DNA from: an uncultured Clostridia bacterium
GTDB lineage: Bacteria > Bacillota > Clostridia > Oscillospirales > Acutalibacteraceae
Direction: 5' to 3'
Length of the DNA stretch: 64,000 nt
NCBI GenBank assembly: GCA_947627135.1
Contig: CANQUV010000014.1
Location: 10,533 to 74,532, forward strand
In this document: in pieces, positions 45,349 to 55,361 of the stretch
How positions within the stretch are numbered: the first letter of the stretch is position 1
How the letters are laid out: every line of letters begins with the position of its first letter
Position numbers and translations under genes: made by a program
Notes under the pieces: generated by a model
Seen by the model: the letters and a program-made list of their open reading frames with translations, nothing else
What the model was told of the DNA's origin: nothing
Databases searched by the model: none

Positions 45349-46359
45349 TTATCTCATTTTTATATTTACTGCGTGAGCTATTCCGGGAATGCTTTCACCC
45401 TGAAAACAGGTGGTAGGACTCATAAGCGCTCCTGTTGCCATAAAAATTATATTATTAAATGTACCATTTTCCATATTATTTAAAATATAAGAACACAATA
45501 CACTTGCACTGCATCCGCAGCCTGAACCTCCACAATGGACATCCTGTTTTTTCCCGCTATAAATCATAAGTCCGCAGTCATGATGTTTATCGCTTATATA
45601 TATTTTCTCTTTAGCCAGTACCTCATAGAGCAAGTCACTGCCAAGTTTACCCAAATCTCCTGTAAAAATTGCGTCATAATCATTTGCTGTTGTAGCAGTA
45701 TCTTCAAAATATCTCATTAGAGTCTGTGCTGCTGCAGGTGCCATAGCTGCCCCCATATTATTTACATCGTTTACTCCGTAATCTACTATTGACCCTACCG
45801 ATGCCCTGGCTATACATGGTCCTTTTTTTGCATTAGATAAAATACAACTTCCACTTCCGGTTACTGTCCATTGTGATGTTGGGGTTCTTTGACCACCATA
45901 CTCAAGAGGAAAACGGTATTGTCTTTCTGCGCTGCAAAAATGTGAAGACGTAACACACGCGGCAGTTTTCGCAGCACCGCTTTCTACCATTACGCTTGCC
46001 ATTATAAGTCCTTGCGCCATAGTTGAACAAGCTCCGTACTGGCCTAAATAAGGTATATCAAAGCCTCGCATTGAAAAGCTGGATGAAACACACTGATTAA
46101 GCAGATCCCCTGCAAAAATAAAATTTACCTCTTCATTTGAAATTTGGGATTTTTGTAATGCAATTGTAAATGCCTCTTCCTGAAAAAAGCTTTCTGCTTT
46201 TTCCCAACTATCCTTACCTGCATAAGAATCATATATTATCTTATCAAAGTAATTTTTAAGAGGTCCTTCTGATTCTTTCTTTCCTGCCACTGAACCGTAT
46301 CCGATAATTGCAGGCATTTCTTCAAATCCTAAAGTATAATGTCCTATTCTTCGTATCAT
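45349..46359 (-). CDS. spoVAD: stage V sporulation protein AD
   Basis: Thiolase/KAS-III-like fold. Start MIRRIGHYTLGFEEMPAIIGYGSVAGKKESEGPL is typical of SpoVAD. AAAGGAG RBS before the ATG at 46359. Confidence 0.85.
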   Translation of the reverse strand: MIRRIGHYTLGFEEMPAIIGYGSVAGKKESEGPLKNYFDKIIYDSYAGKDSWEKAESFFQEEAFTIALQKSQISNEEVNFIFAGDLLNQCVSSSFSMRGFDIPYLGQYGACSTMAQGLIMASVMVESGAAKTAACVTSSHFCSAERQYRFPLEYGGQRTPTSQWTVTGSGSCILSNAKKGPCIARASVGSIVDYGVNDVNNMGAAMAPAAAQTLMRYFEDTATTANDYDAIFTGDLGKLGSDLLYEVLAKEKIYISDKHHDCGLMIYSGKKQDVHCGGSGCGCSASVLCSYILNNMENGTFNNIIFMATGALMSPTTCFQGESIPGIAHAVNIKMR

Positions 46360-46494
46360 AAAAAACTCCTTTTTGCATAAAGCTGACTTAATACATGTTT
46401 TAGCTTTATTATCTGCAAAAAGGAGTAAATTAATCATTTATTGAGCAGGCATAATCTAAAAATTTTATTAAATGCTGAATTTTAAAAATTAAAT

Positions 46495-48489
46495 TCATTC
46501 ATTTGCATTTTCATCATTAGAGTTACCTTCAGTTGCGTGTAAAGTTTCAGGTTTAGATTGTTCAACAGGAGGTGTTTGACTATCGGTTGTATTTGATGAA
46601 GACGAATTATTACCATTATCAGAGCCGGTTGCAGTATTACTGCTTGGCGACGAATCTGTTACCGTACTGTTTTCTCCTGCGTTATTATTGTTATTATTGC
46701 TAACCTCTGATTGAGAATCGTTATCTCCGCTGTTATCAGCTGTATCTTGTTTCGGTTTGTCTGAACTGTCATCTTCCGATGAATTACTTGTTACATTTGC
46801 CGCTCCTTCGGGTCTTTTCCTGTGTGTACCTTCGTCAGAATACTGAACATAGTGACCTTCGGTAAGGCTGTAATGTGAGCTTGGAAGTTCTTCTCTTGAA
46901 ACCTCGTTACCGTTTTTATATAATACTCTGTAAGATGTGGTATCGTAGCTTTCTCCGCTTACTATATCATAGTTTTCAGAGTATGTTACTATATCATCAT
47001 AGCTTGGATCTTGATATCCGTAAATAGTACAAGACAACTCTCTGCCGTTAATTGTACATTCCATAAACATTTGATAATCTGTTATATTTTTTAATTTTAA
47101 ATCTAATCCGGGATAGTCAATAGTTGCATCAAGACCTGCCGGAACATACACAGACGCCCAAAAATGATTATGTCTTTCTACGATTTCCATATTTGCAAAA
47201 ACTGCTGCATTGTATATAGTACTGCTTGCCTGGCAAAGTCCGCCCCCGATACCTTGGGTCATACTTCCGTCTGAAATCACTCCGGCAGGTAAATACCCGT
47301 TTGACTCAAGATTGCTGTCGCCTGTACATTCATTAAACGACCATGTCTCACCCGGCTCAATTATTGAACCGTTGCAGGCTGATAAAGCAGTTCCCATATT
47401 TAAGGTTGCATTTTCAGTATTAACAGAAGTAGTTGTGAAATATGAAAGCGGCACTATGTTTTTCTTAACCATTTCTTTTGTAATTTTCGGTTCAACCACA
47501 TCAATCTTTGCGGATATTACTCCTGTTTTTTGCTTTGCATTTATAAATGCTTTTATTGCGGCAACAAGGTCTTCTTTATTGGTTTTATAGCCAACTGAAC
47601 CGTCTTCATATTCAAATTTATTCTCTGCAAAAGGAGTAAATTTTGATACGCGTGCATTTTTCACTTCAACATCTGTATCTTCTGCAATCTTGTTTGAAAC
47701 CGCTTCTATTGAATCCTCAACAACAGTTGCCGTAACGGTGTACATATCGCTATAATGACCTTGATCATCTGTTGTTGGTTGAGTTACATCAATTTCTCCC
47801 TTATGAGCATCTTCACAATATTTTTTTGCCTGATTAAGAATTTCTTCTATGTTATAAGTATATGTAAAATCTTTTGAAGCAAATTCATAGCTTTTTTCAT
47901 TTGCTTCAACAGTCATGGTAAAATCATCTGCAAATTTTGACTTATTATCCTCTAAAAGCTTTTTTGCTTCATCATAAGTTTTTCCGGAAATATCTATGCC
48001 GGAAATTTGTACTCCGGATAAAAATGTGAACTCTCCCTCTTCATTTACAATAGGTCCCACTGTTTCTTCAAATGGATTAGGTATAATTCCGTTTGAAGCA
48101 AGCTGCCATAAAACTACTCCTACTGCCGCTATAACCACAACAGCAGCACTTGTTATAATAAAGAGAAGCTTGTGTTTAACAAAAAAGTTCTTTTTTTCAG
48201 ATGTTGAATATCTTTTTTTCTGTTTTGAATTTTCTTCAGAACTTTCACTTGAATTTTCAATACTTTTAACATCTTGAACAAATTCTATTTCTTTCGTAGG
48301 TTTATCGGATATATATTTATCAGTTTCTAAATTGGAACTGATTTGATTTATATCGGTTTTATCATCTTCAGACTTTTCATCATCATTGTAATCAGGTTTA
48401 ATAAAACCTGCACTTTCGGAAGAAATATCTACAAATTCTTCTTGAGTATTGTCAAAATCACTTTGACCGTTTAAGTTTTTATCCTGCAT
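46495..48489 (-). CDS. VanW-family protein (TM anchor, PG-binding-like region, VanW domain, S/N-rich C-terminal tail)
   Basis: VanW core GGGLCQASSTIYNAAVFANMEIVERHNH. TM segment LLFIITSAAVVVIAAVGVVLW. Confidence 0.8.
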   Translation of the reverse strand: MQDKNLNGQSDFDNTQEEFVDISSESAGFIKPDYNDDEKSEDDKTDINQISSNLETDKYISDKPTKEIEFVQDVKSIENSSESSEENSKQKKRYSTSEKKNFFVKHKLLFIITSAAVVVIAAVGVVLWQLASNGIIPNPFEETVGPIVNEEGEFTFLSGVQISGIDISGKTYDEAKKLLEDNKSKFADDFTMTVEANEKSYEFASKDFTYTYNIEEILNQAKKYCEDAHKGEIDVTQPTTDDQGHYSDMYTVTATVVEDSIEAVSNKIAEDTDVEVKNARVSKFTPFAENKFEYEDGSVGYKTNKEDLVAAIKAFINAKQKTGVISAKIDVVEPKITKEMVKKNIVPLSYFTTTSVNTENATLNMGTALSACNGSIIEPGETWSFNECTGDSNLESNGYLPAGVISDGSMTQGIGGGLCQASSTIYNAAVFANMEIVERHNHFWASVYVPAGLDATIDYPGLDLKLKNITDYQMFMECTINGRELSCTIYGYQDPSYDDIVTYSENYDIVSGESYDTTSYRVLYKNGNEVSREELPSSHYSLTEGHYVQYSDEGTHRKRPEGAANVTSNSSEDDSSDKPKQDTADNSGDNDSQSEVSNNNNNNAGENSTVTDSSPSSNTATGSDNGNNSSSSNTTDSQTPPVEQSKPETLHATEGNSNDENANE

Positions 48490-48838
48490 AATGACCCCCG
48501 AGAATAAATTATTTTGTTAAATTTGCAATTTACAAATATAATTCATAAACAAAGATATATATTATATATTACTATATATTTTTAAAAAAATAAAGCATTA
48601 ATTTTAAATTTTAACTTAAATTTTTATAAGAAAATATATTAAATATGACAAATAAGTTTAGCAATTTTTACCACAGTTATTTTAATAAACTTACTAAAAA
48701 CATGATGATAAGATCAATTTACTTTTAATTTTTCATAAAACGAAATGCAAATTTATAATTATTATTGAAAAATATTGAAAATTGTATATAATTATATTTA
48801 TGTAAGCTTAATTTACTAAATTATTAAGGAATAATTAA

Positions 48839-49999
48839 ATGAAAATTTTAATTTTAACAGCTTCAACCGGCGGCGGACATAAAAGTGCTGCCGCTGCATT
48901 ATTGGACACAATTAAAAAGACCTCTACTGATACTGTTGTTGAAATTGAAGACGGTCTTAAATATTGCGGAAAACTGTATAACAAACTTATATGCGAAGGA
49001 TATGTGGTTTTAGCAACCAAGACTCCGAGACTTTACGGAAAGCTTTACAACATAAGCGATAAGGAAAGCACAATTAATTCTATTTGCAACAATATAAACT
49101 ATAAGGAAGGTAAAAAACTCATCTCCCTTTTTAATGAAAAAAAACCTGATGTTGTAATTTCCTGCCATGCATTTGTAACAACAATGCTTGCCATGCTAAA
49201 ACGCAAAAATAAGATTTCAGTTCCTATAATAAGTCTTATTACCGATTTTGCTCCGCACAGAACTTATTTTGCTTCGGGAATAGATGCTTATGTTACATCA
49301 AACGAAAATATGCTTGAAGAAATAGAAAACTACAACTTAATTTCAGCCGATAAAATTCATGCTTTGGGAATACCGATTGCCGATAAGTTTTATAAGCCGC
49401 AAAACAAAAAGCAAATTGCCAAAAAATTGGAGTTTGACATCAACAAACCTACTGTTTTGTTGATGTCCGGCAGCTTTGGGGTTTCTGAAGTTCTTGATTT
49501 TTACGAAAGTCTTATGCTTACAGACGTTGATTGTCAGTGTATTGTTATAACAGGTCACAATAAAAAACTATACAATGAATTTAGCAAATATTTAAGTAAT
49601 CCTAATGTATCCCAAAAGCCTACAAGACTGTTTGAATTTATTTCAAATGTTGAAGAATATATGCATTTTGCCGATTTAGTAGTTACCAAGCCCGGTGGAC
49701 TTACTGTTACGGAAAGTCTCGCCTGCTCATTACCTATGGCAATTTACAATGCAATTCCGGGGCAGGAAAACGAAAATGCACAATATCTGATCAGTCAAAA
49801 TGTTGCCATATCCCTTAATGATGCCAAAACAGGCGGAAAACAAATTGCAGAACTTATTAAAGATAAAGATAAACTAAACGAAATGCGTGAAAACTGCAAA
49901 AAAATAAGAAAAGAAAATTCTGCTCTTAATATATTCCGTTTGGCGCAAAACCTTGTAGAACAAAGTCAAATTAATAGTAAATTCGGAGAACAGGTATGA
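48839..49999 (+). CDS. MGDG-synthase/GT28-family diacylglycerol glycosyltransferase (UgtP/YpfP-like)
   Basis: MKILILTASTGGGHKSAAAAL N-terminal motif. C-terminal GT28 motif TKPGGLTVTESLA. Confidence 0.8.
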   Translation: MKILILTASTGGGHKSAAAALLDTIKKTSTDTVVEIEDGLKYCGKLYNKLICEGYVVLATKTPRLYGKLYNISDKESTINSICNNINYKEGKKLISLFNEKKPDVVISCHAFVTTMLAMLKRKNKISVPIISLITDFAPHRTYFASGIDAYVTSNENMLEEIENYNLISADKIHALGIPIADKFYKPQNKKQIAKKLEFDINKPTVLLMSGSFGVSEVLDFYESLMLTDVDCQCIVITGHNKKLYNEFSKYLSNPNVSQKPTRLFEFISNVEEYMHFADLVVTKPGGLTVTESLACSLPMAIYNAIPGQENENAQYLISQNVAISLNDAKTGGKQIAELIKDKDKLNEMRENCKKIRKENSALNIFRLAQNLVEQSQINSKFGEQV

Positions 50000-51270
50000 A
50001 AAAATTATTTTTTCTTTTTTTGACTGCTTTAATTACAGCCACATTTTTATGTTCCTGCAACACAGATCCTTCAAAAGTTTCTGAAAACGATAATTTAATT
50101 ACAGATATTCAGCTGGATTCTTCAGAAAAAAATTATAATTATCAAGAGGGTAATACTTCTCCTCCTACGTCTTATACTGAATATCAGGCAAATAGCTTAA
50201 ACTTTGCCTTCAATTTGTTAAAAAACAGCTACATTCCTAATCAAAATACAGCTGTATCACCTGCCAATACTTATTTACAGCTTTCACTTATAGCAAACGG
50301 TACTGCAAAAAATACAAAATCAGAAATATCTTCTGTTTTAGGAAGTAACTTAAACTCGGACAATTTAAATCAATGCTCACAGTATTTTCAAACAAGAATA
50401 AACAGCTTTACTGACAAAAAAGATAATAAATATTCTCTTTACCTTAAAAACTTCTTCTGGTGTAATGATACCTTTGATATAAAAAGAGATTTTCTTAAAA
50501 CTGACAAAACTTACTATGATATTGAAATTTACAGATTTTTGTTTTCTGATGAAAATGCACTTTCTAAAATAAATAATCGTACTGCTGATTTTACAAATCA
50601 AGATATTACAATAAAAGAAATAAATAAAGACGATCATATTTATTTTACAAGTGCTGCTGAAATAAAGGACAATTGGCTTGAAGATTATGCAGAGAAAAAC
50701 ATAGTTAAAGATACCTTCAGCGGAACACAAAAAAAATCTGTTGCAGAATTTTATGCAAGCAGTGAATTTTTACTTAAGGACAGCACAAGCACCGGATTTG
50801 TTAAAAGCTTTAAAAACACTCCTCTCAAAATATGTGTTATGGTTCCAAATGATGATGTATCCTTATCTGATTATTTAAAAAACTTAAGCAGTGAAAAATT
50901 TATTAATTTTCTTAACAGTTTAAATCCAACAACACGATGTAATGCTTATTTGCCTGCATTCTCAAAAAGTGAATCCGTTGATATAACAGACGCTCTTAAA
51001 AATATGGGTATTAATTTGCTTTTTACCGATGAGGCAAATATTTTCAATATTACGCAATCGGAAAATGTATATGTAAACAAAATTGTAGAAAGCATAGATT
51101 TCAGTATATCCGAAAACGGTATTTCTTCTGACATCATAAATGAAAAAACAGCTTCAAATACTGAACTTAACAATGATACTGATGTTAAAGTAAACAAGCC
51201 ATTTATTTATGCAATAATTGATAATGAAAGTAATATTCCTATTTATTTGGGGATCGTGGAGAATTTATGA
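49996..51270 (+). CDS. serpin-family lipoprotein
   Basis: Lipobox FLCSC. Serpin N-terminal pattern NFAFNLLK......NTAVSPANTYLQLSLIANGT. C-terminal signature VKVNKPFIYAIIDNESNIPIYLGIV (compare VKFNKPFVF in alpha-1-antitrypsin). ATGA overlaps at both ends. Confidence 0.8.
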   Translation: MKKLFFLFLTALITATFLCSCNTDPSKVSENDNLITDIQLDSSEKNYNYQEGNTSPPTSYTEYQANSLNFAFNLLKNSYIPNQNTAVSPANTYLQLSLIANGTAKNTKSEISSVLGSNLNSDNLNQCSQYFQTRINSFTDKKDNKYSLYLKNFFWCNDTFDIKRDFLKTDKTYYDIEIYRFLFSDENALSKINNRTADFTNQDITIKEINKDDHIYFTSAAEIKDNWLEDYAEKNIVKDTFSGTQKKSVAEFYASSEFLLKDSTSTGFVKSFKNTPLKICVMVPNDDVSLSDYLKNLSSEKFINFLNSLNPTTRCNAYLPAFSKSESVDITDALKNMGINLLFTDEANIFNITQSENVYVNKIVESIDFSISENGISSDIINEKTASNTELNNDTDVKVNKPFIYAIIDNESNIPIYLGIVENL

Positions 51271-52352
51271 AACTAAAGAAAAAAATTTCAGGCAAGTTGA
51301 TATTTAATATATTAGTTGTTTTTCTGTGTTTGTTTATCATTTTTTACTTTTTTTACAGCGAAAACGGTTTAAACGATTTACTTCATTCATCCATTCAGAT
51401 AAGCGTTTTATGGATTTTGGCTGCAATCGGATTTCAGCTTCTGTATATGTTTATTGAGGCTTTTATTATCTATTATTTTATAAAGGCCGATTACGCAAAT
51501 TTCACTTTTAGAGACGCCGTTAAAGTTTCTTTTGTGGGACTTTTTTGGTGTGCGGTAACGCCTTCTTCAACAGGGGGACAGCCAATGCAGATTTATCTGC
51601 TTCATTCAATGGGTATTGATATAGGTTACAGTACCTCCAGATTATTGCAGAAATTCCTTGTATATCAGGTGGTTTTAACCAGCATCAGCATTATGGCGTT
51701 TCTTTATAAACTTGATTATTTTATAAATGCCATGTCGTCACCTATAATTGTAATATTTATAATTGTTGGATTTGGCTCACAGCTTATAATAACAGGTGCA
51801 TTAATGCTGGTATCCTTTAAACCTATTATTACTAAAAAATTTATTTTCTTTATTGCTAAAATTCTTTCTAAAATTAAATTACTTAAAAATATAGATAAAA
51901 AAACTTCTCATATTCAAAAACAACTTGATTTATTTCACGAAAGCAACAAGACGCTTTATAAGCATAAAAAAGCTTTAGCAATAACTGCTATTTTGACATT
52001 TATTCAGTTTATTGCCATGTTTACCGTTCCATACTGCGTTTATCGCAGTTTAGGATTAAATGAAGCTACCCCGCTTGATATGATAAGTTCACAAGCCTTT
52101 GTAAACCTTGTTTCAGGTATGATTCCGATCCCCGGCGCTTCAGGTGCAGCAGAGCTTGGATTTACTGCATTTTTCAACGGATTTTTCACTCCTGAAACCT
52201 TAAAGAGCGCAACTCTTATCTGGAGAATGATCAACTATTACGGCGTTGTAATTTGTACTGCTCCGTTTGCTTATATTACAAACGGAAAAACCAGAGGTGC
52301 AAAAATTGAAAAAACAATAGAAGATGAATTTTCAAAAGAAAATAATAAATAA
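51267..52352 (+). CDS. flippase-like / lysylphosphatidylglycerol-synthase TM-domain family (UPF0104) membrane protein
   Basis: 361 aa with ~8 TM helices and a basic N-terminus MKLKKKISGK. Typical partner of lipid glycosyltransferases. Confidence 0.55.
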   Translation: MKLKKKISGKLIFNILVVFLCLFIIFYFFYSENGLNDLLHSSIQISVLWILAAIGFQLLYMFIEAFIIYYFIKADYANFTFRDAVKVSFVGLFWCAVTPSSTGGQPMQIYLLHSMGIDIGYSTSRLLQKFLVYQVVLTSISIMAFLYKLDYFINAMSSPIIVIFIIVGFGSQLIITGALMLVSFKPIITKKFIFFIAKILSKIKLLKNIDKKTSHIQKQLDLFHESNKTLYKHKKALAITAILTFIQFIAMFTVPYCVYRSLGLNEATPLDMISSQAFVNLVSGMIPIPGASGAAELGFTAFFNGFFTPETLKSATLIWRMINYYGVVICTAPFAYITNGKTRGAKIEKTIEDEFSKENNK

Positions 52353-52417
52353 ACAAAGTCATTTTTAAAACTTTATTTTTAAAACTTTATTTTTTAATTA
52401 ATAATTATTAAGTCATA

Positions 52418-52452
52418 TAAAACCTCCCTCTTAAATTAGAGGGAGGTTTTTG
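52418..52452 (+). terminator. intrinsic terminator after the three-gene operon
   Basis: Stem AAAACCTCCCTC / GAGGGAGGTTTT followed by T. Confidence 0.75.
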
Positions 52453-52611
52453 CGGGTAATTTTCCCAGTTTTATTACAGGTTTATTACAGGTTTAAATCT
52501 TGAGATCGACTGCGAGTTTTTTATGTTTTTCTATTAAAAACGAAAGTACCTATATTTTATATAATCCTCATTAAATATAGCACAACCGAATCAGATATAC
52601 AAATTTACCGT

Positions 52612-54942
52612 TTACTCATTATCAATAAGCTTTATTGCTATTGCTGTTATATCGTCGTCATGACCGTCGTTTCTCCTTACTGCGGCTTCCTTTACAATTT
52701 GCTGCGCAAGTTCAACCGTACTTGCCTCATTCCATGTTTTTATTAATGATTCAAGCCACATATCGTCGTTTTGAAACAAGGCTCCGTCTGATATCATTAC
52801 TATTAAATCTCCTGCCGACAAACCAATTGTCTCTTTTGAAAATTTAATATCCGTTAAAATCCCCGCAGGCAGAGATTCTGTCTGCTTTTTTACTAAATGC
52901 CCGTTTTTCTTGATGTATGTTAGCGGTGCACCTGCTTTCATAAGCGTAACCTTTCCTGTAAACAGGTTTATATCTGAAACATCTAAAGTTGCAAGTGATT
53001 CATCTTCAGATTTCACCATAAGCGCTGCATTTACTACCTGTAAAGCGCTGTCATAAGACAGTCCTGATTTACAAAGCTTTGTCATTATGGAAACTGCCAT
53101 ATTTCCGTCAACTGCGGCTCTGCCTCCTGTTCCCATTCCATCTGAAATCATGGCTACCATGCTCCCGAAGCTGTTGTTAAAATAATTTAAACTGTCACCG
53201 CACAGCTTTCCGTTATTGCAAACATGTTGTGCTGAACCAATCTCTACATCAAAATACGGCATTTCGTTAAATGTCATTCTGATTCGATTTCCAAGCTCTG
53301 TAATACAGGGAGTATCAAATCTTCTTCCGCAGCATTTGGATATCTCATTCATTAAAATACTTTTTCTGATTTTTTCTTTATAGTTTCTGGCAAGCTCAAC
53401 TTCAACTGACATTCGTCCGTTTCTATCAAGCATACAACTGCATTCCATTGGCACAAGTCCGTTGTAATGCAAATAATCCTCCACTCTGTTTGCACTTTCT
53501 GTATCATAAGTTATATAATTCTCAAATTCCCCCGACATATCTTTAAGAATTGAACTTAACCCTGCAAATTGTCCCGCAACAACGCTCCTTACACCTGTAA
53601 CACGCCTTTGAGCCTCCAGACAAGATAAATATTCGTTGTAATTATAGTTTACTCTATCGGCAATTTCCTGCTGTTTACAACAGTTCTTTGTAAATAATAC
53701 ATTAACTGTTTCTGCGCTAATTCTGCCTTCATTTTTAAGCGGTCCTGTCAAACGTGAAAAATCATCCTTTGTAAGTTCCTTTTGCTTATCCCAGCAATAA
53801 ACCTTTAATCCGCAATTTGTGCAAACTTCATTATTTACATTTTCATATACCCAATTCATGGTTGGAGAATAAAGCCTTTTGAGTTTGTCCGATACTTTAT
53901 TGACACAGTCGGTTACACTTTCCATAGCCTTTGATGCAAAATCCAAGCGCATAACAATATTCTGTTTAAGCGCCTCATGATTTTTAACACTTTCCGACGG
54001 CATAAATATTGCCGATACAAAGTTTCCCACCTGTTTTGGAAGTATCATAAAAACTGTTGACGCAATCAAAGTTTCTATGAACAAAGCTATAATAAGCTGA
54101 TTATCACCTGAAGCAAAGGTCATTATTGTACTGCAAATCGTAAAGGCAATTGCGCAGCCTGCTTTACCTACTCCTGCAAAAAGACCTGCCATCAGTCCTC
54201 CGAAAGCATATCCTCCGCAAAGATATGACATTGTATATGAACTCAGGCTGAATATTGAACCTGTTGCAATTCCGCTGATACTTCCTCCTGTTACATTACC
54301 GTATCTTGCGCAAAAAAGAATTATCATAACTGCAAAAATTCTGCCTATTGAAACATTTTCTACTGCTATACTGCCCAGAGATAAAATAAGAATACAGCCT
54401 GTCATTACAAGACTTGCGATCTCCTGCTGACTAAAGCTTTTAAAGGTACGTCTGGAATAGTACATTTCAGTTGTTTGCTTGAGAAAAAATGCCGCCGCTC
54501 CTGCAAGGCAGGATTCAATAACAGTTTGTGTTATCTGAGTTGTGCTTGACGTTGTAAAAGATAAAATCACCCCTGTTAAAAGTACGGGAATAAACGCTGC
54601 CAAACAGGAAAAAAGGCGGCTTTGTGCTATCTTTTTAATGTCGCTTAACATCCAACGTAAAACCCCTATTGCAATCACTATCGCCATATATCTGAAGCTG
54701 TTTCTGGGATTGAGCGTTATGTAACCCAAGCTTGTCCCGGCTACCGCCCAAACTAATTGTTTTTTAGGTACTGCTGCTGTATATGATGCACCAAACGGTG
54801 AAAGTTCTCCCATTAATGCACCCCTTGAAATTATAATACCGCACAAAAAATAAATTCCATGCATCACAACAGCTTTTACGGCTGCATAATCGTCTTTTGC
54901 ATTTTTTTTATAAGTAACCTTTGTTGATTGCCTTGCTTCCAT
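52612..54942 (-). CDS. spoIIE: stage II sporulation protein E (membrane PP2C phosphatase)
   Basis: 776 aa. About 10 N-terminal TM helices, a central regulatory region and a C-terminal PP2C domain (MISDGMGTGGRAA ... VMISDGA ... DDITAIA). Confidence 0.85.
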   Translation of the reverse strand: MEARQSTKVTYKKNAKDDYAAVKAVVMHGIYFLCGIIISRGALMGELSPFGASYTAAVPKKQLVWAVAGTSLGYITLNPRNSFRYMAIVIAIGVLRWMLSDIKKIAQSRLFSCLAAFIPVLLTGVILSFTTSSTTQITQTVIESCLAGAAAFFLKQTTEMYYSRRTFKSFSQQEIASLVMTGCILILSLGSIAVENVSIGRIFAVMIILFCARYGNVTGGSISGIATGSIFSLSSYTMSYLCGGYAFGGLMAGLFAGVGKAGCAIAFTICSTIMTFASGDNQLIIALFIETLIASTVFMILPKQVGNFVSAIFMPSESVKNHEALKQNIVMRLDFASKAMESVTDCVNKVSDKLKRLYSPTMNWVYENVNNEVCTNCGLKVYCWDKQKELTKDDFSRLTGPLKNEGRISAETVNVLFTKNCCKQQEIADRVNYNYNEYLSCLEAQRRVTGVRSVVAGQFAGLSSILKDMSGEFENYITYDTESANRVEDYLHYNGLVPMECSCMLDRNGRMSVEVELARNYKEKIRKSILMNEISKCCGRRFDTPCITELGNRIRMTFNEMPYFDVEIGSAQHVCNNGKLCGDSLNYFNNSFGSMVAMISDGMGTGGRAAVDGNMAVSIMTKLCKSGLSYDSALQVVNAALMVKSEDESLATLDVSDINLFTGKVTLMKAGAPLTYIKKNGHLVKKQTESLPAGILTDIKFSKETIGLSAGDLIVMISDGALFQNDDMWLESLIKTWNEASTVELAQQIVKEAAVRRNDGHDDDITAIAIKLIDNE

Positions 54943-55361
54943 AGTTTTAACTTCCTTATAATTTATTGTGTAAATTATTATAAAAGTTAAGGTTTGATAG
55001 TTTTGTCATTTACTGTTTGCATTTTTTTAAATTGTTTTGTAAAAAACAGGAGGTGAGTAACTGTTTTTTTAAACTAAATATACTTAATAAACCGTTTGCT
55101 GTTGCAAAAATAAATTTTATGACGAACTTTTTTAAAGATTTTTTATTATTATACAAAAGTTTTAAGGCAACCGTGCGGAGTTAAATGGTTTTAGTCCCCT
55201 GAACCTTAGCAGTTTTTTGAAAAAATACAAAACTTTTATTTTCCTTATTAATTCCTTTACATTTTATAGAAATTACTATTTTGTTTTTGCAAATGGTTAT
55301 CCCCGACTAAACTTTTATAATTTAATTTCTTATTTTCATTTAATAATGATAACCCTTCTTT

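Noticed and set aside
52353-52500. Short tandem duplications (AAAACTTTATTTTT x2, TTTATTACAGG x2) after the flippase-like gene
   Set aside because: These are only two copies each of very short AT-rich units flanking an ordinary terminator. They are most simply slippage products with no evident function.
54943-55100. Spo0A boxes upstream of spoIIE
   Set aside because: Only one weak match (TGACAAA versus the TGTCGAA consensus) was seen, which is not distinguishable from chance in AT-rich DNA.
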